Positions 48,363-58,322 of a DNA stretch of 64,000 nt are shown here, in pieces. Below the pieces are notes generated by a model. The model was not told the DNA's origin, searched no databases, and saw only the letters and a list, made by a program, of their open reading frames with translations. The stretch covers positions 1,408,001-1,472,000 of the forward strand of contig CBDETY010000003.1 of the NCBI GenBank assembly GCA_965243025.1, read 5' to 3'. The position numbers and the translations under genes were made by a program. Numbering within the stretch: the first letter of the stretch is position 1; the number at the start of each line of letters is the position of its first letter. Origin of the DNA: Candidatus Latescibacterota bacterium. GTDB taxonomy: Bacteria > Latescibacterota > UBA2968 > UBA8231.

Positions 48363-49499
48363 TCAGGCCCTCAGGCTGAAACCGCCTTCTTTGACCGCCC
48401 TGTTCCAGACTGCCTCCTCGATGTCGAAACCTGCCCCGGGGGTGTCGGGGACGAACAGGCGGCCTCCGTCCATCTTCCAATCGTCGGCCATCAGCCCGGG
48501 CAGCTCGGCCGGTTCCGCTTCCAGCAGGTCGAAATTGGGAATGGAGGCGGCAAAATGGGCGTGGGTGAAGCGCTCGACGTAGCTGCCCCAGGTATGGGGA
48601 GCGCAACGGGCCGCACACCCCTCGAGCCGGGCTGAAACGGCGCGCCACCAGGTCAGCCCGTACTGGTGGAAGTCCTGCTGCACCACGTCGATCCAGCCCG
48701 CTTCGACGAGGTCGAAAAAGCAGGGGGGCGGCTGGAACTCCCCGTCGGCAACCAGGGTGTTCCAGCCGTTCTCGATGATGAACTCCTTCAGCGCCCGGTT
48801 GAGGGGCAGGTCCTCGGCAAACGGCTCCTCGAACCAGTAGAGGCGGGCATCGGCGGTTTCCGCCAGCAGCTCCCGGGCGGTGTTCAGGGTGTTCCCCATG
48901 TTGGCGTCGATCAGGATCTTGGCGTCCGGTCCGGCCGCTTCCCTGACGGTCCGGATCACCAGGGCGTCGCGGGCCAGTCCTTCTGCGGGCGGCATCCAGC
49001 GGGCTCCGCGGCCGACCTTGATCTTGAAGTTCCGGTAGCCGGCATCCCATCCGGACTGCACCTGCCGCGCATACAGCTCCCGCGCCCCGGCGTCCCCCAA
49101 CTCGAGATCGTCGATGTAGATGGAGCCGTCGTAGACCTCGACCTCCCGCGAGCCGCGCGGACCGAGCAGGCGGTAGAGCGGCAATCCCGCCAGGCGGGCG
49201 CAGAGGTCCCAGAGCGGCAGATCGATCGGCCGTCCTGCCTGATTCGTCCCTTCCGGCAGCGAGAACAGCTCTCCGACCTTTCTGCCGGCAAGCCCTGCGG
49301 CCTGTTCTGCGGCGATCCCCGACCACCCGATTCCCATCCCGCCGCCCGAGGTGCGAACCCGCACCACCTGGTCCCTGACGATGTTTCCGTGGACGGAGAC
49401 GCGGGCGTTGCACCCCAGCTGCCGGGGGCGGCGTCCCGGCAGGACGCACTTCTCGATCAGGTCGATGCGCTCGCTCGCAATGGTCGAAAGCTGTTCCAT
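48363..49499 (-). CDS. Mandelate racemase/enolase superfamily enzyme
   Basis: DLPLWDL, KIKVG, IDAN, WFEEP, DGE, PHTWG, PGAG. Confidence 0.9.
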   Translation of the reverse strand: MEQLSTIASERIDLIEKCVLPGRRPRQLGCNARVSVHGNIVRDQVVRVRTSGGGMGIGWSGIAAEQAAGLAGRKVGELFSLPEGTNQAGRPIDLPLWDLCARLAGLPLYRLLGPRGSREVEVYDGSIYIDDLELGDAGARELYARQVQSGWDAGYRNFKIKVGRGARWMPPAEGLARDALVIRTVREAAGPDAKILIDANMGNTLNTARELLAETADARLYWFEEPFAEDLPLNRALKEFIIENGWNTLVADGEFQPPPCFFDLVEAGWIDVVQQDFHQYGLTWWRAVSARLEGCAARCAPHTWGSYVERFTHAHFAASIPNFDLLEAEPAELPGLMADDWKMDGGRLFVPDTPGAGFDIEEAVWNRAVKEGGFSLRA

Positions 49500-49546
49500 G
49501 TCACCTCAATCCGGTTTTCCGCATCGGGCCGCGGGCGGTTTTTCGA

Positions 49547-49575
49547 TTGACACTGTGCTGCCTGGCAGATACGGT
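49547..49575 (+). promoter_or_regulatory. Putative sigma70 promoter for the RNB-like gene (about 150-nt leader)
   Basis: TTGACA-17 nt-TACGGT; GGAGGAGG RBS before ATG 49733. Confidence 0.45.
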
Positions 49576-49732
49576 AGGAGCCGGGCTTCCTGCCGGCAAT
49601 TCCCGGGGCTCGGACAGACCGTCGCTTTCCCGTCCTGGTACGTTTCCCGTTTCCCGCCGGGCCTGAAGCCGGGCGGCCTCCGTCGGGAATTCATTCCGGG
49701 GGCCAACGACACCTGACCTGGAGGAGGCAGCC

Positions 49733-51817
49733 ATGCCAACATGGGTTCGGGATCTGCTGAGCCACGACGATCCCCGGGTGCGGTCGCAAGTCGGCCGCCA
49801 GCTGTTCGGCCACCGGGGCCGGAGCCACGGCCACGGCCTCGCAAGCGGGTCTCTCGTCGAATTCACGCATGGCGGCGGTCTCTGGTTCGGGGCGGTGCTG
49901 CGGAACCCCGGCCGCCGCCTTCTCGTCGTCGACGTCCGCGGCCGGGAACGCTGGTTGCGGCGCGACAAGATTCTCGACCTGTCGCCAGACAGGGCTCCAA
50001 CCCTGTCGAGGCAGGGGGTCATGTCCCATCTCCGCCGGATCGACGGGCAGCGCCAGGCCCGCAGCCTCGCCGTCGATCTCGAGCCGCTCTGGGAGATTGC
50101 CGCAGAGGAGGGGAAGGGCCGCGTGTGGTCCCTGGACGAGCTCGCCGAGCTCCAGTTCCGCGCTCCGGGAGCGGACGATCGCGTCGTCCTCCTGCGCGCC
50201 CTGTGGCACAGCCGGTTCTTCGCCCGCCACCCCGACGGGTGGTCCCCGCTCTCCCGCCAGGCACGGGCTCGAAGGGGCGAGCTCGAGTCTCTGAAGAAGC
50301 AGCAGGCGAAGGACCTGGCCGAAACCGCGGCCTGGGTTCGCCGTGTCGCCGACGGGGAAGCCCCCGATCCGCGTCCCGCAAACGCGGATGAAGCGGTCCG
50401 GTTGTTGCGGGAAGCGGCTGTTTTCGGCAGTGGAAGTCCGCGCCGCTCGCAAGCGGCCGCGCTGATGGAGAGGGCCCACCTTCACGGCCCCGGAGCCGCC
50501 TTCGATGTGCTCGTGCGGCTGGGGTTCTGGGACAGGCACGAGAACCTCGAACTGCACAGGTGCGGGGTGCCGCTGGAATTCTCTCCCGAATCCCTGGACG
50601 AAGTCGAAAGAATCGCCGCGGTGGTCGGCGGGGTCTCCGCGACCCGGGCCTGGCGCCGCCCCTGCGCCTTCGCAGACCCTGCCGACCAGACAGCGGACGT
50701 CGCCCTCCTGGCGCGGCGCACGATCCGGGGATTCCGGGTGCAGGTCTACCTGCCACTGGTGGCAGCCGCGGTTCCAGCCGGCAGCGCCCTCGACCGGGAT
50801 GCCGCCAACCGCGCCACCAGCATCGAGCTTCCGGACCGGCGAATCCCCTTGCTCCCCCCGGCCGTGGAAGGAGCCGTGCGCTTCCGCGGCGAACGGGCAG
50901 CTCCCTCCCTGCGAATCGAGGCGGTGCTGGGAGGCGACCTGAGCATCCGCGATTGCCGCATCGCCCTGCGCCGCATCCGCCCGCGCATGGTTTCCCCGGA
51001 CTCCGAAACCGAAGGCCGGGCGGCCGGCCGTTTGCGGACCCTGGCGGAGATTGCCGCCGGACTGCGCGCCCGCCGGCAAGGGAGGCTGCCGGCGGAGAGA
51101 GTGCCGGAAGATGATCCGGACATTCGCGTTGCGGGCAGCAGGGTGACGGTCTCCCGCCCCGACAGCATGGGGAGGATGATCCTGGAGGAATGCGTGAACG
51201 TCGCCAGCGAGGCCCTGGGCGCCTGGTGTGAGAAGCAGGGGGTCCCGGCGCTGTACAGGACCCGGCCTCTGCCGCCGCCATTGCCGCCCGAAGCGGGGGA
51301 CGAACAGGAACCGGATGACTCCGGCCGCTTGCGATCCTACCTGTTGCGCAAGGCGGGTACGCCGGAGTCGATGCAAGTGAAGCCGGCGGAACACGAAGCC
51401 CTCGGCCTGTCCGGATGCGCCGCCGGAACGGCGCCGCTCGACCGCTACGAGCACCTCGTCATGCAGAGACAGCTGATCGCCGCGATAAAGGGCGGGACCC
51501 CGGTCGGCGAAGAGGAGTTGGAGCGCCTGCTCAGCGAATGCAGGGCGGGAATCGAAGCCGCTCGCCGGGTCGAAAGACACGGCCGCCGCTACTGGCTTCT
51601 GGCCGCCCTGCAGCCGTACCAGGGAGCCGACCTCGAAGCGACGGTCGTACGGCGCGCCGGCGTGGGGTATACGGTCCTGCTCGACCGGTTCGACATCGAG
51701 GGGTACGTGGCGGCAACCGAGATGTCCGCCCATACCGGGGACCGGGTCATGGTCCACCTGCAGCAGGCTTCGCCCAGGAGAAACCTGCTGCGCCTCGCCG
51801 GTCTTCGCCGCCGCTGA
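49733..51817 (+). CDS. RNase II/R (RNB)-like protein with a degenerate active site and C-terminal S1-like domain
   Basis: HENLEL, LDRDAANRATSIELPDRRIPLLP, ILEEC..A, ALYRT, HEALGL..TAPLDRY..QRQL, GDRV.V. Confidence 0.8.
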   Translation: MPTWVRDLLSHDDPRVRSQVGRQLFGHRGRSHGHGLASGSLVEFTHGGGLWFGAVLRNPGRRLLVVDVRGRERWLRRDKILDLSPDRAPTLSRQGVMSHLRRIDGQRQARSLAVDLEPLWEIAAEEGKGRVWSLDELAELQFRAPGADDRVVLLRALWHSRFFARHPDGWSPLSRQARARRGELESLKKQQAKDLAETAAWVRRVADGEAPDPRPANADEAVRLLREAAVFGSGSPRRSQAAALMERAHLHGPGAAFDVLVRLGFWDRHENLELHRCGVPLEFSPESLDEVERIAAVVGGVSATRAWRRPCAFADPADQTADVALLARRTIRGFRVQVYLPLVAAAVPAGSALDRDAANRATSIELPDRRIPLLPPAVEGAVRFRGERAAPSLRIEAVLGGDLSIRDCRIALRRIRPRMVSPDSETEGRAAGRLRTLAEIAAGLRARRQGRLPAERVPEDDPDIRVAGSRVTVSRPDSMGRMILEECVNVASEALGAWCEKQGVPALYRTRPLPPPLPPEAGDEQEPDDSGRLRSYLLRKAGTPESMQVKPAEHEALGLSGCAAGTAPLDRYEHLVMQRQLIAAIKGGTPVGEEELERLLSECRAGIEAARRVERHGRRYWLLAALQPYQGADLEATVVRRAGVGYTVLLDRFDIEGYVAATEMSAHTGDRVMVHLQQASPRRNLLRLAGLRRR

Positions 51818-51921
51818 CTCCCACCTTCCGGCCTCCCGCGATCCGGCTGCGGGCAGTGGAAACGCCGCCTGCTATTCGCTTGATTTCCGCGCTGTCGGCA
51901 ACCCGAGAAAAAGGAGGAGGC

Positions 51922-52974
51922 ATGACGGCGCTGAAGGTCGGGATCATCGGGGTGGGCGGGATATCGCGGTCCCACATGCCCGGGTGGCGGGCTTCGGAAC
52001 ATGCGGAAGTGGTCGCCGGGTCCGATATCGACGCTGCCGTGCTGCGGTCCTGGGGGGAGGAGCAGGGAGTCTCCAGGCTGTACGAGGCTCCCCAAGAGCT
52101 GTTCTCCGACCGGGAAATCGACATCGTCGACATATGCGTTCCCAACATGCACCACGCCCCGCTCGCCGTCGCCGCGCTCGAAGCCGGAAAGCACGTGATC
52201 TGTGAGAAGCCCCTGGCGCCGACCCCGGACCTGGTGCGCCAGATGATCGCGGCGCGCGACATGTCGGGAAAAAAGCTGATGACCGCCCAGCACTTCCGCT
52301 TCGAGCCCTCGTCCCGGGCGATGAAGGCGGAGATCGAACTGGGAGTTCTCGGGGACATCTACCACGCCCGCAGCTGGATGCTGCGCCGCGGCTTCGCCCC
52401 GACCGGATCCGGCTTCGTTCAGCGGCGCCTGAGCGGCGGCGGTCCGTGCATCGATATCGGGGTCCACATTCTCGATCTCACCCTCTGGTTCATGGGCAAC
52501 CCGCGGCCGGCCGCGGTCAGCGGCGTCGCCCGCGCCGGGATCGCCAGGCAGGAGGGGGCCTTCGGCGGCGGGCGCCGCTCGATTCCCCCGGAATTCGACG
52601 TCGAGGATTTCGCCGCGGCTTTCGTCCGCTTCGAAAACGGCGCCACCCTGGTCCTCGAAGTGAGCTGGCTCCTCCACCACGACACCGCCGGCGAGGACAT
52701 GCAGATGTGGCTGTACGGGACGGCCGGCGGTCTGCACTGGCCCAGGTGCGAGATCCTGGAGACCAACTACCGGACCCGGCAGTTCTACAACAGGGTCCTG
52801 AAGCTGATGCCGGAAGGTCTCGAGGCCCACGCCCAGGAGTGCGTCGAGTTTGCGCGGGCGGTCGCCGAGGACGCCCCCTCGCCGGTGCCGGCGGAGCAGT
52901 CGCTGCAGGTGATGGCGATCCTCGACGGCATCTACCGCAGCCAGGGGGCGGGGGCGGAAGTCAGGCTGGATTAG
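51922..52974 (+). CDS. Gfo/Idh/MocA-family oxidoreductase
   Basis: VGIIGVGGI, HVICEKP, GGGPCIDIGVH, DVED; AGGAGG RBS. Confidence 0.93.
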   Translation: MTALKVGIIGVGGISRSHMPGWRASEHAEVVAGSDIDAAVLRSWGEEQGVSRLYEAPQELFSDREIDIVDICVPNMHHAPLAVAALEAGKHVICEKPLAPTPDLVRQMIAARDMSGKKLMTAQHFRFEPSSRAMKAEIELGVLGDIYHARSWMLRRGFAPTGSGFVQRRLSGGGPCIDIGVHILDLTLWFMGNPRPAAVSGVARAGIARQEGAFGGGRRSIPPEFDVEDFAAAFVRFENGATLVLEVSWLLHHDTAGEDMQMWLYGTAGGLHWPRCEILETNYRTRQFYNRVLKLMPEGLEAHAQECVEFARAVAEDAPSPVPAEQSLQVMAILDGIYRSQGAGAEVRLD

Positions 52975-53044
52975 CGTCCCAACAGGGGGTGTTGCTTCCC
53001 ACAGTCCCCCCGGGCAGCTCCCGCTCGGGAGGTTCCAGCCCGGG

Positions 53045-54760
53045 TCAACCCCAGAGCTCGGCCATTTCGTCCGCTTCGAGGGTATTTATCACGTCGGCCG
53101 CTTCGAGCCAGCCCTTGCGGCCCATGCTCACCCCCAACCCGATGTAATCGAGATGGGCGATCCGGTGGGCGTCGGTGTTGATGGCGATCCGGACACCCCG
53201 CTCCCGGGCTTTCCTGACCCAGCGCCAGTCGAGATCGAGCCGGTCCGGCTGCGCGTTCAGCTCCAGGGCAACTCCGTTGCCCGCGGCCGCCTCGATGACG
53301 GCCTCCATATCGATCTCCCATCCCTGCCGCTGATTGAGGATCCTGCCCTCGGGGTGGGCGAGGATGCGGGTATTCGGGTGCTCGAGGGCGCGGATCACCC
53401 GCGCCGTCTGCGTCGGCTCGTCAAGGTTCATTCCGTTGTGGACGGCGGCGACGACGAAATCGAACTGCGCCAGCAGTCCGTCGTCGTAATCGAGGCTGCC
53501 GTCCCTCCGGATGTCGCATTCGATCCCCTTGAATACCCGGAAGTCTTCCCAGGCCCCGTTGACGGCATCGATCTCCCGGTGCTGTTCGGCCACCTCCTCC
53601 GGCTTGAGTCCGAAAACGTACCCGGCGGACTGGCTGTGGTCGCAGATGCCGAGACAGGAATAGCCGCGCCCCCGCACCGCGGCGGCCATCCCGGCGACGG
53701 TGTCCCTGCCGTCGCTGTACGAGGTGTGCACGTGCAGGATGCCGCGAATGTCCGCGGGCCGGATGAGGTCGGGCAGGGTCCCTTGGGCGGCAGCTTCGAC
53801 TTCGCCGAGGCCCTCGCGCAGTTCCGGGGGAATGAAGTCCAGCCCGAGGGCGGCGAAGAGGTCGGCCTCCGCGGCACAGGGAACCGCGTCCCCGGACCGG
53901 TCGAAGAGCCCGTACTCGTTCAGACGCATGCCTCTGCCGAGAGCGCGGGACCGCATGGCGACGTTGTGGTCCCTGCTGCCGGTGAAGTGATGGAGCAGGG
54001 CTGGGAACCGGTCGTCGGAGACGATCCTCAGGTCGGCCTGGATGCCGCTGTGCAGGCGCACGGAGGTCCCGGTGTCTCCCCTGGCGATCACCTCGCGCAC
54101 TGCCCGGTGTCCGGCGAAGGCGGCCGAAACCGCGGCGGGGTCGTCGCTGCCGGCGACGATGTCGATATCCCTGACCGTCTCCCGGCTGCGCCGCAGGCTG
54201 CCGGCGATGGCCGCTCTGGTCGCCGGGAGAGCGCGCAGGGACTCGCACAGCTCCCCGGCCTGGGCGGATGCATCGCGCAGCAGCCAACACTGTCCGAACT
54301 CGCGCAGGCGGGCGACCGCGGCGAGGATGTTGTCCCGGGTCTTTGCCCCGAAGCCGCCGAGGCGGTCGAGGCGGCCGTCCCGGCATGCCCTTTCCAGGTC
54401 CTCCACCGACTCGATTCCGGCGCCGTCGTAGAGCGCCCGTACCTTCCGGACGCCGAGCCCGGGAATCCGCAGGATGTCCAGCAGCCCCTCGGGGACCCTC
54501 CCTTTCAGGGTCTCGTGGGCCTGTGCGGAACCGGTTTGCAGGAACTCGGTTACCAGCTCCTCCACTCCCCTCCCGATTCCCTCGATTTCGGTCAGCGTGC
54601 CGTCCGCCGCCATGGCTGCGGCATCGACACCGAGCTCCTCGATAAGGCGCGCCGCGTTGGTTATGGCGCGCACCCGGAAAGGGTTGGCCCCGTCGATCTC
54701 CATCAGGGCGCCGTGGCGGTTGAGGAAATCGACGATATCGGCGTTGGCCCCGACGCTCAT
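53045..54760 (-). CDS. polX: DNA polymerase X / PHP 3'-5' exonuclease
   Basis: NPFRVRA, IEGIG and IPGLG HhH, AGSLRR, DIDI, DLR, HFTGS, NEYGL, PPELRE, HVHTSYSDG, AHP, NTDAH. Confidence 0.95.
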   Translation of the reverse strand: MSVGANADIVDFLNRHGALMEIDGANPFRVRAITNAARLIEELGVDAAAMAADGTLTEIEGIGRGVEELVTEFLQTGSAQAHETLKGRVPEGLLDILRIPGLGVRKVRALYDGAGIESVEDLERACRDGRLDRLGGFGAKTRDNILAAVARLREFGQCWLLRDASAQAGELCESLRALPATRAAIAGSLRRSRETVRDIDIVAGSDDPAAVSAAFAGHRAVREVIARGDTGTSVRLHSGIQADLRIVSDDRFPALLHHFTGSRDHNVAMRSRALGRGMRLNEYGLFDRSGDAVPCAAEADLFAALGLDFIPPELREGLGEVEAAAQGTLPDLIRPADIRGILHVHTSYSDGRDTVAGMAAAVRGRGYSCLGICDHSQSAGYVFGLKPEEVAEQHREIDAVNGAWEDFRVFKGIECDIRRDGSLDYDDGLLAQFDFVVAAVHNGMNLDEPTQTARVIRALEHPNTRILAHPEGRILNQRQGWEIDMEAVIEAAAGNGVALELNAQPDRLDLDWRWVRKARERGVRIAINTDAHRIAHLDYIGLGVSMGRKGWLEAADVINTLEADEMAELWG

Positions 54761-55593
54761 GCGGTCCCTTCCCGCAACCGCGCGAGGAGCTCGAGCATCT
54801 GCGCTGTGAGCAGCTCGTTGCCGGCGACGAGCCCCGGTTCTACGAGGGTGCAGGGCTGATTGTATCGCCGCACCTGTCCGTCGAGATCGAGCATCCGGCC
54901 CCCGGCTTCGCGCACCAGCAGGTCGCCGGCGCAGACGTCCCACTCGTTTTTCGGCTTCACGCTGACATTTAGGTCGCCCTTACCGGCTGCGACGAGGGCG
55001 AGTTTGTAGGCGACGCTGCCGACGGGACGCACCCGGGCGAGGTGGGGGCGCAGGGGATCGATCTCGCCGCGCGCCGTTTCGCTGCGGCTGACGATCAAGG
55101 TCGCCCGGTCCAGCCGGTCCGTGGGGGTGCAGAAGATCCGTTTGCCGTTGAGAAAACAGCCGCCCCCGCGCACGGCGCTGAACAGCTCATCGGCGACCGG
55201 GTTGAAGATGACGGCCACGACCGGATCCCCATCCTCGACCAGGGCAATGGAGGTGCCGAACTCCCCGATCCGTTCGAGGAATTCCATGGTGCCGTCGATC
55301 GGGTCGACGATCCACAGGCGCCGCTTACGGAGGCGCCCGGGGGAGTCGACGCTTTCCTCGGAAAGCCAGCCGCAGCCCGGGGAGGCAGCGGTCAGCAGCT
55401 CGCGCAGGCAGGCGTCGACCTCCAGGTCCGCCCGGGTAACCGGATCGTACCGGGCGGCCGACTGCTCCCCGGGCAGCATGCCGCCCGGGCCGCTCCCCTT
55501 GTCGCGGATTCTTTTCGCGGTGCCGTAGTGTGACAGCAGTATCCGGCCAGCTTCACGGGCCGCGGCGATGGCGGCATCCAGCTCGGGTCTCAT
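54757..55593 (-). CDS. cysQ: CysQ / inositol monophosphatase family 3'(2'),5'-bisphosphate nucleotidase
   Basis: PVTRAD, LSEE, WIVDPIDGT, GSVAYK, EWDVCAG..EAGG. Confidence 0.85.
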   Translation of the reverse strand: MRPELDAAIAAAREAGRILLSHYGTAKRIRDKGSGPGGMLPGEQSAARYDPVTRADLEVDACLRELLTAASPGCGWLSEESVDSPGRLRKRRLWIVDPIDGTMEFLERIGEFGTSIALVEDGDPVVAVIFNPVADELFSAVRGGGCFLNGKRIFCTPTDRLDRATLIVSRSETARGEIDPLRPHLARVRPVGSVAYKLALVAAGKGDLNVSVKPKNEWDVCAGDLLVREAGGRMLDLDGQVRRYNQPCTLVEPGLVAGNELLTAQMLELLARLREGTA

Positions 55594-55662
55594 GGGGCAA
55601 CTTCAGCCATGGTTGGCAGGCGTGCTGACAGGCGAGGCAAGGCTTTTAGTCCGGGCCCCGTC

Positions 55663-55692
55663 TTGACAATTCCGGGCGGCCTCCGGTAATCT
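55663..55692 (+). promoter_or_regulatory. Putative sigma70 promoter
   Basis: TTGACA-18 nt-TAATCT in the divergent intergenic gap. Confidence 0.45.
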
Positions 55693-55762
55693 AAACAGAT
55701 GGGAGACAGCTTCTAACCGCCCCGTTGACACCGGTTCTCCCCGATTTCAAAGGAAGAGTCAC

Positions 55763-56422
55763 ATGATTCCAAGGAACGCCTTGTGCTGCAATATGATAAT
55801 AGCAGTCGCGGTTGTGGGGTTTTCAGTGGCCCCCTACCCCCTCTACGGAGACGCTGACCGCATCGCCGCGACCCTGGAAAAGATGGCGGCCGAGGAATCC
55901 TGGGGAGAAGTCGTCCTCAAGTCCGGCAAGGTCCGCGCGATTCAGGTGGTGTCGATCGAGGGAGAGGAAATCTCCGTTCGCGAGGTGGTCGGCGCCCTGC
56001 ACGAGCGCCCCGCGACCTACTCGCTCGATCAACTGCACTCGATCCGGGAGCTGGGAAACCGCCGCATCGCCATGCGCCCGGCGGCCTACCAGCCGCGGCG
56101 CTCGCTGCTGGCGGCCCTGCTGATCGAGACGCCGATCCCCGGAGGGGGGTTCTTTTACATCGGGGAATCCCGCCAGGGTTTCTCGCTGCTGCTTTTCTCA
56201 GCCGCCGCGGCAGGGACCGGATTCCTGGCGGGAAGAGAGGGCGCGGCCGGCTGGGTGCCGATCGTCGCCTGGACCAAGCTCGCCTCCCTGCTCCATCTGC
56301 GCGACCAGGTGGGCGCCATAAATGCCTACCACGAGCGCCAGCTCGAGGCCGACACCCGGTATGGGGAGGCCGGGCGGACGCCATCGTCCCCCCCCTTCCT
56401 CCGCCTGGGCTTCCGGTTCTGA
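55763..56422 (+). CDS. Hypothetical exported/membrane protein
   Basis: Signal-like N-terminus, PGGGFFYIG plus hydrophobic helices, C-terminal LRLGFRF. Confidence 0.7.
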   Translation: MIPRNALCCNMIIAVAVVGFSVAPYPLYGDADRIAATLEKMAAEESWGEVVLKSGKVRAIQVVSIEGEEISVREVVGALHERPATYSLDQLHSIRELGNRRIAMRPAAYQPRRSLLAALLIETPIPGGGFFYIGESRQGFSLLLFSAAAAGTGFLAGREGAAGWVPIVAWTKLASLLHLRDQVGAINAYHERQLEADTRYGEAGRTPSSPPFLRLGFRF

Positions 56423-56589
56423 TCCGGTAGCGAACGACAGGCTGCAGGAGCATCGGTCCGGGACCGCCGGCCGGATCCGGTCCTCCCGGAAATCCGGGTC
56501 AGTCCTTCAACGCCGCTGGAGGCCGCCCTGCGCGGCTCGGCGATTCCCGGCCGGGGCGTGGGGACAGACCGCAATTCCCACCGAGACAG

Positions 56590-57303
56590 TCAGTCGCTTC
56601 GCCCGAAGTCGATAACCCGCTTTTGAGGCGACAGGTCGATTTCGTCGACGACGGCGCCTTCCCGGGAATCCAGGGCGAAAGAGACCGCGGCGGCGACATC
56701 GACCGGTAGAAGGTGCTCGCCAAGTTCGGCGCCGGGGCGGAAATCCAGCATTTCGTGAAAGGCGGTCCGCACCATGCCGGGATTGACGAGGCAGACGCGG
56801 ATTCGGCTGGCGGCGGTCTCCTCGCGGATCGATTGCGCAAACCCCCGCAGGGCGAACTTGGCGGCGCAGTAGAGCGAACCCCGGCGCCCCCCTTTGACCG
56901 CTGCTTCCGAACCGATCAGCACGATGTCTCCCCTGCCCCGCCTCCGGAATTCCGGGAGAACGGCGCGCACGAGAAGAACCTGGCTTGTGAAGTTGAGGTC
57001 GAGAGAGCGGCGGATCCGGCCGCTGGAGAACTGTTCGAGGCTGCCGAAAACCGGCTCTCCGGCGTTGCAGACGAGGGCATCGAGGTCCGGGTGAGCAGCG
57101 GCTATCCCGGCCAGCCGATCGGGCAGCGCGTCGAGGTCGGCGAGGTCGATCCCGATCGCATCGAAGCCCGCCAGGCTGCGACCGGGGAATTTGCCGAAGT
57201 CCCGGGCGAGTCCGACGACCCGGTCCCCGGCTTCCAGGCGGGCCTCGCACACGGCGCGGCCGATTCCGGCGCTCGCTCCCGAAACCAGAACCTTCCGGCT
57301 CAT
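56590..57303 (-). CDS. Short-chain dehydrogenase/reductase
   Basis: SGASAGIG, CNAG, GS, YCAAK, NPGMVRT. Confidence 0.93.
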   Translation of the reverse strand: MSRKVLVSGASAGIGRAVCEARLEAGDRVVGLARDFGKFPGRSLAGFDAIGIDLADLDALPDRLAGIAAAHPDLDALVCNAGEPVFGSLEQFSSGRIRRSLDLNFTSQVLLVRAVLPEFRRRGRGDIVLIGSEAAVKGGRRGSLYCAAKFALRGFAQSIREETAASRIRVCLVNPGMVRTAFHEMLDFRPGAELGEHLLPVDVAAAVSFALDSREGAVVDEIDLSPQKRVIDFGRSD

Positions 57304-58322
57304 ACCGCTGCCCCGGCGCCGGTGGTCGGGTACGGGAAGACTGCATCATCCGGTACGTAACGCCGCAGCTCCTCGAGACAGAAACCGAGCATCTCTTCGC
57401 GAAGGTTTCCGGGATACCCGGTTTCCCCGCCGGCTTCCTCGAGGCCCCGGGCCAACAGCGCTTCCTCCGGGTAGAGAGCTTCCATGCGGCGGTGGAAGCG
57501 CCGCGGCAGGCGCAGCGTTCCCAGGAATACCGAGTGGACGCTGCCGCCGCGGACCGCGGCGAAGGTTTCGGCGAACAGCCGCCTGTAGGACTGGTGAAAA
57601 CCCGGGGACCAGATGAGCGGATCGAAGCGCAGGCCGACGGGCCATCCTGCTTCCTGGAGCTGCGCCGCGGCGGCGATGCGGCTTCGCACCGGGGGAACCC
57701 CACTCTCGTGACTGGCCATCCCGGCCGGGTTGAGACTGTAGGCGACCACGACGTTCCCGAGGGCGGATTTCAGGGGAGCGGTGCGCACGCTCTTGGTGCG
57801 CAGTTCGAACAGGGCCTCCGGGTGGGCGGCGAAATAGGGAAGGAAGTCCTCGACGAATCCCGTGATCCCCTCCAGCGCCAGGCTGTCGCAATCGTAGCCG
57901 GTGAAAAAATGGGGCTCCCCGCTCGGTTCTCCTGAGGCGGGGGCCTGGAGCACCTCCTCGATGTCGGCCTTGAAGTCGTCGTAGTTGACGAAAACCACCA
58001 TGTGAGCGGAGCGGTACATCCCCTGGAGAAAGCAGTAGCGGCAATCGTAAACGCAGTTCAGCATGTGGGAGAAATAGAAATTTGCATTGCTGCCGATTCC
58101 GTAGCCCGCCGGCGCCGGCAGAACGCGACGCCCCTGCTTGGCCGCGAGGATGAGGGCGGGGTTGCGTTTCTGGAGCCGGAAGTTCTGCCCGGAGCGGTTG
58201 AAGATTTCGCCGTAGCGGGTACAGTCGACGACGCTGGCCGCGGGAAAGCGCCGGCAGATCTCCCGCGCGCGCTCGCAGTCCCGCACCGCTTCCTCGACGT
58301 AGATGAAGTCGAACACCGTCAC
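57300..58322 (-). CDS. Spore-photoproduct-lyase-like radical SAM protein
   Basis: NCVYDCRYCFLQG, GYDCDSLALE, ELRTKS, YSLNP, GLRFDP, LGTLR; GTG overlaps upstream TGA. Confidence 0.88.
   Translation of the reverse strand: MTVFDFIYVEEAVRDCERAREICRRFPAASVVDCTRYGEIFNRSGQNFRLQKRNPALILAAKQGRRVLPAPAGYGIGSNANFYFSHMLNCVYDCRYCFLQGMYRSAHMVVFVNYDDFKADIEEVLQAPASGEPSGEPHFFTGYDCDSLALEGITGFVEDFLPYFAAHPEALFELRTKSVRTAPLKSALGNVVVAYSLNPAGMASHESGVPPVRSRIAAAAQLQEAGWPVGLRFDPLIWSPGFHQSYRRLFAETFAAVRGGSVHSVFLGTLRLPRRFHRRMEALYPEEALLARGLEEAGGETGYPGNLREEMLGFCLEELRRYVPDDAVFPYPTTGAGAAV

Noticed and set aside
49580-49732. About 150-nt leader of the RNB-like gene as a riboswitch
   Set aside because: Only short GC hairpins; no aptamer consensus or terminator recognised
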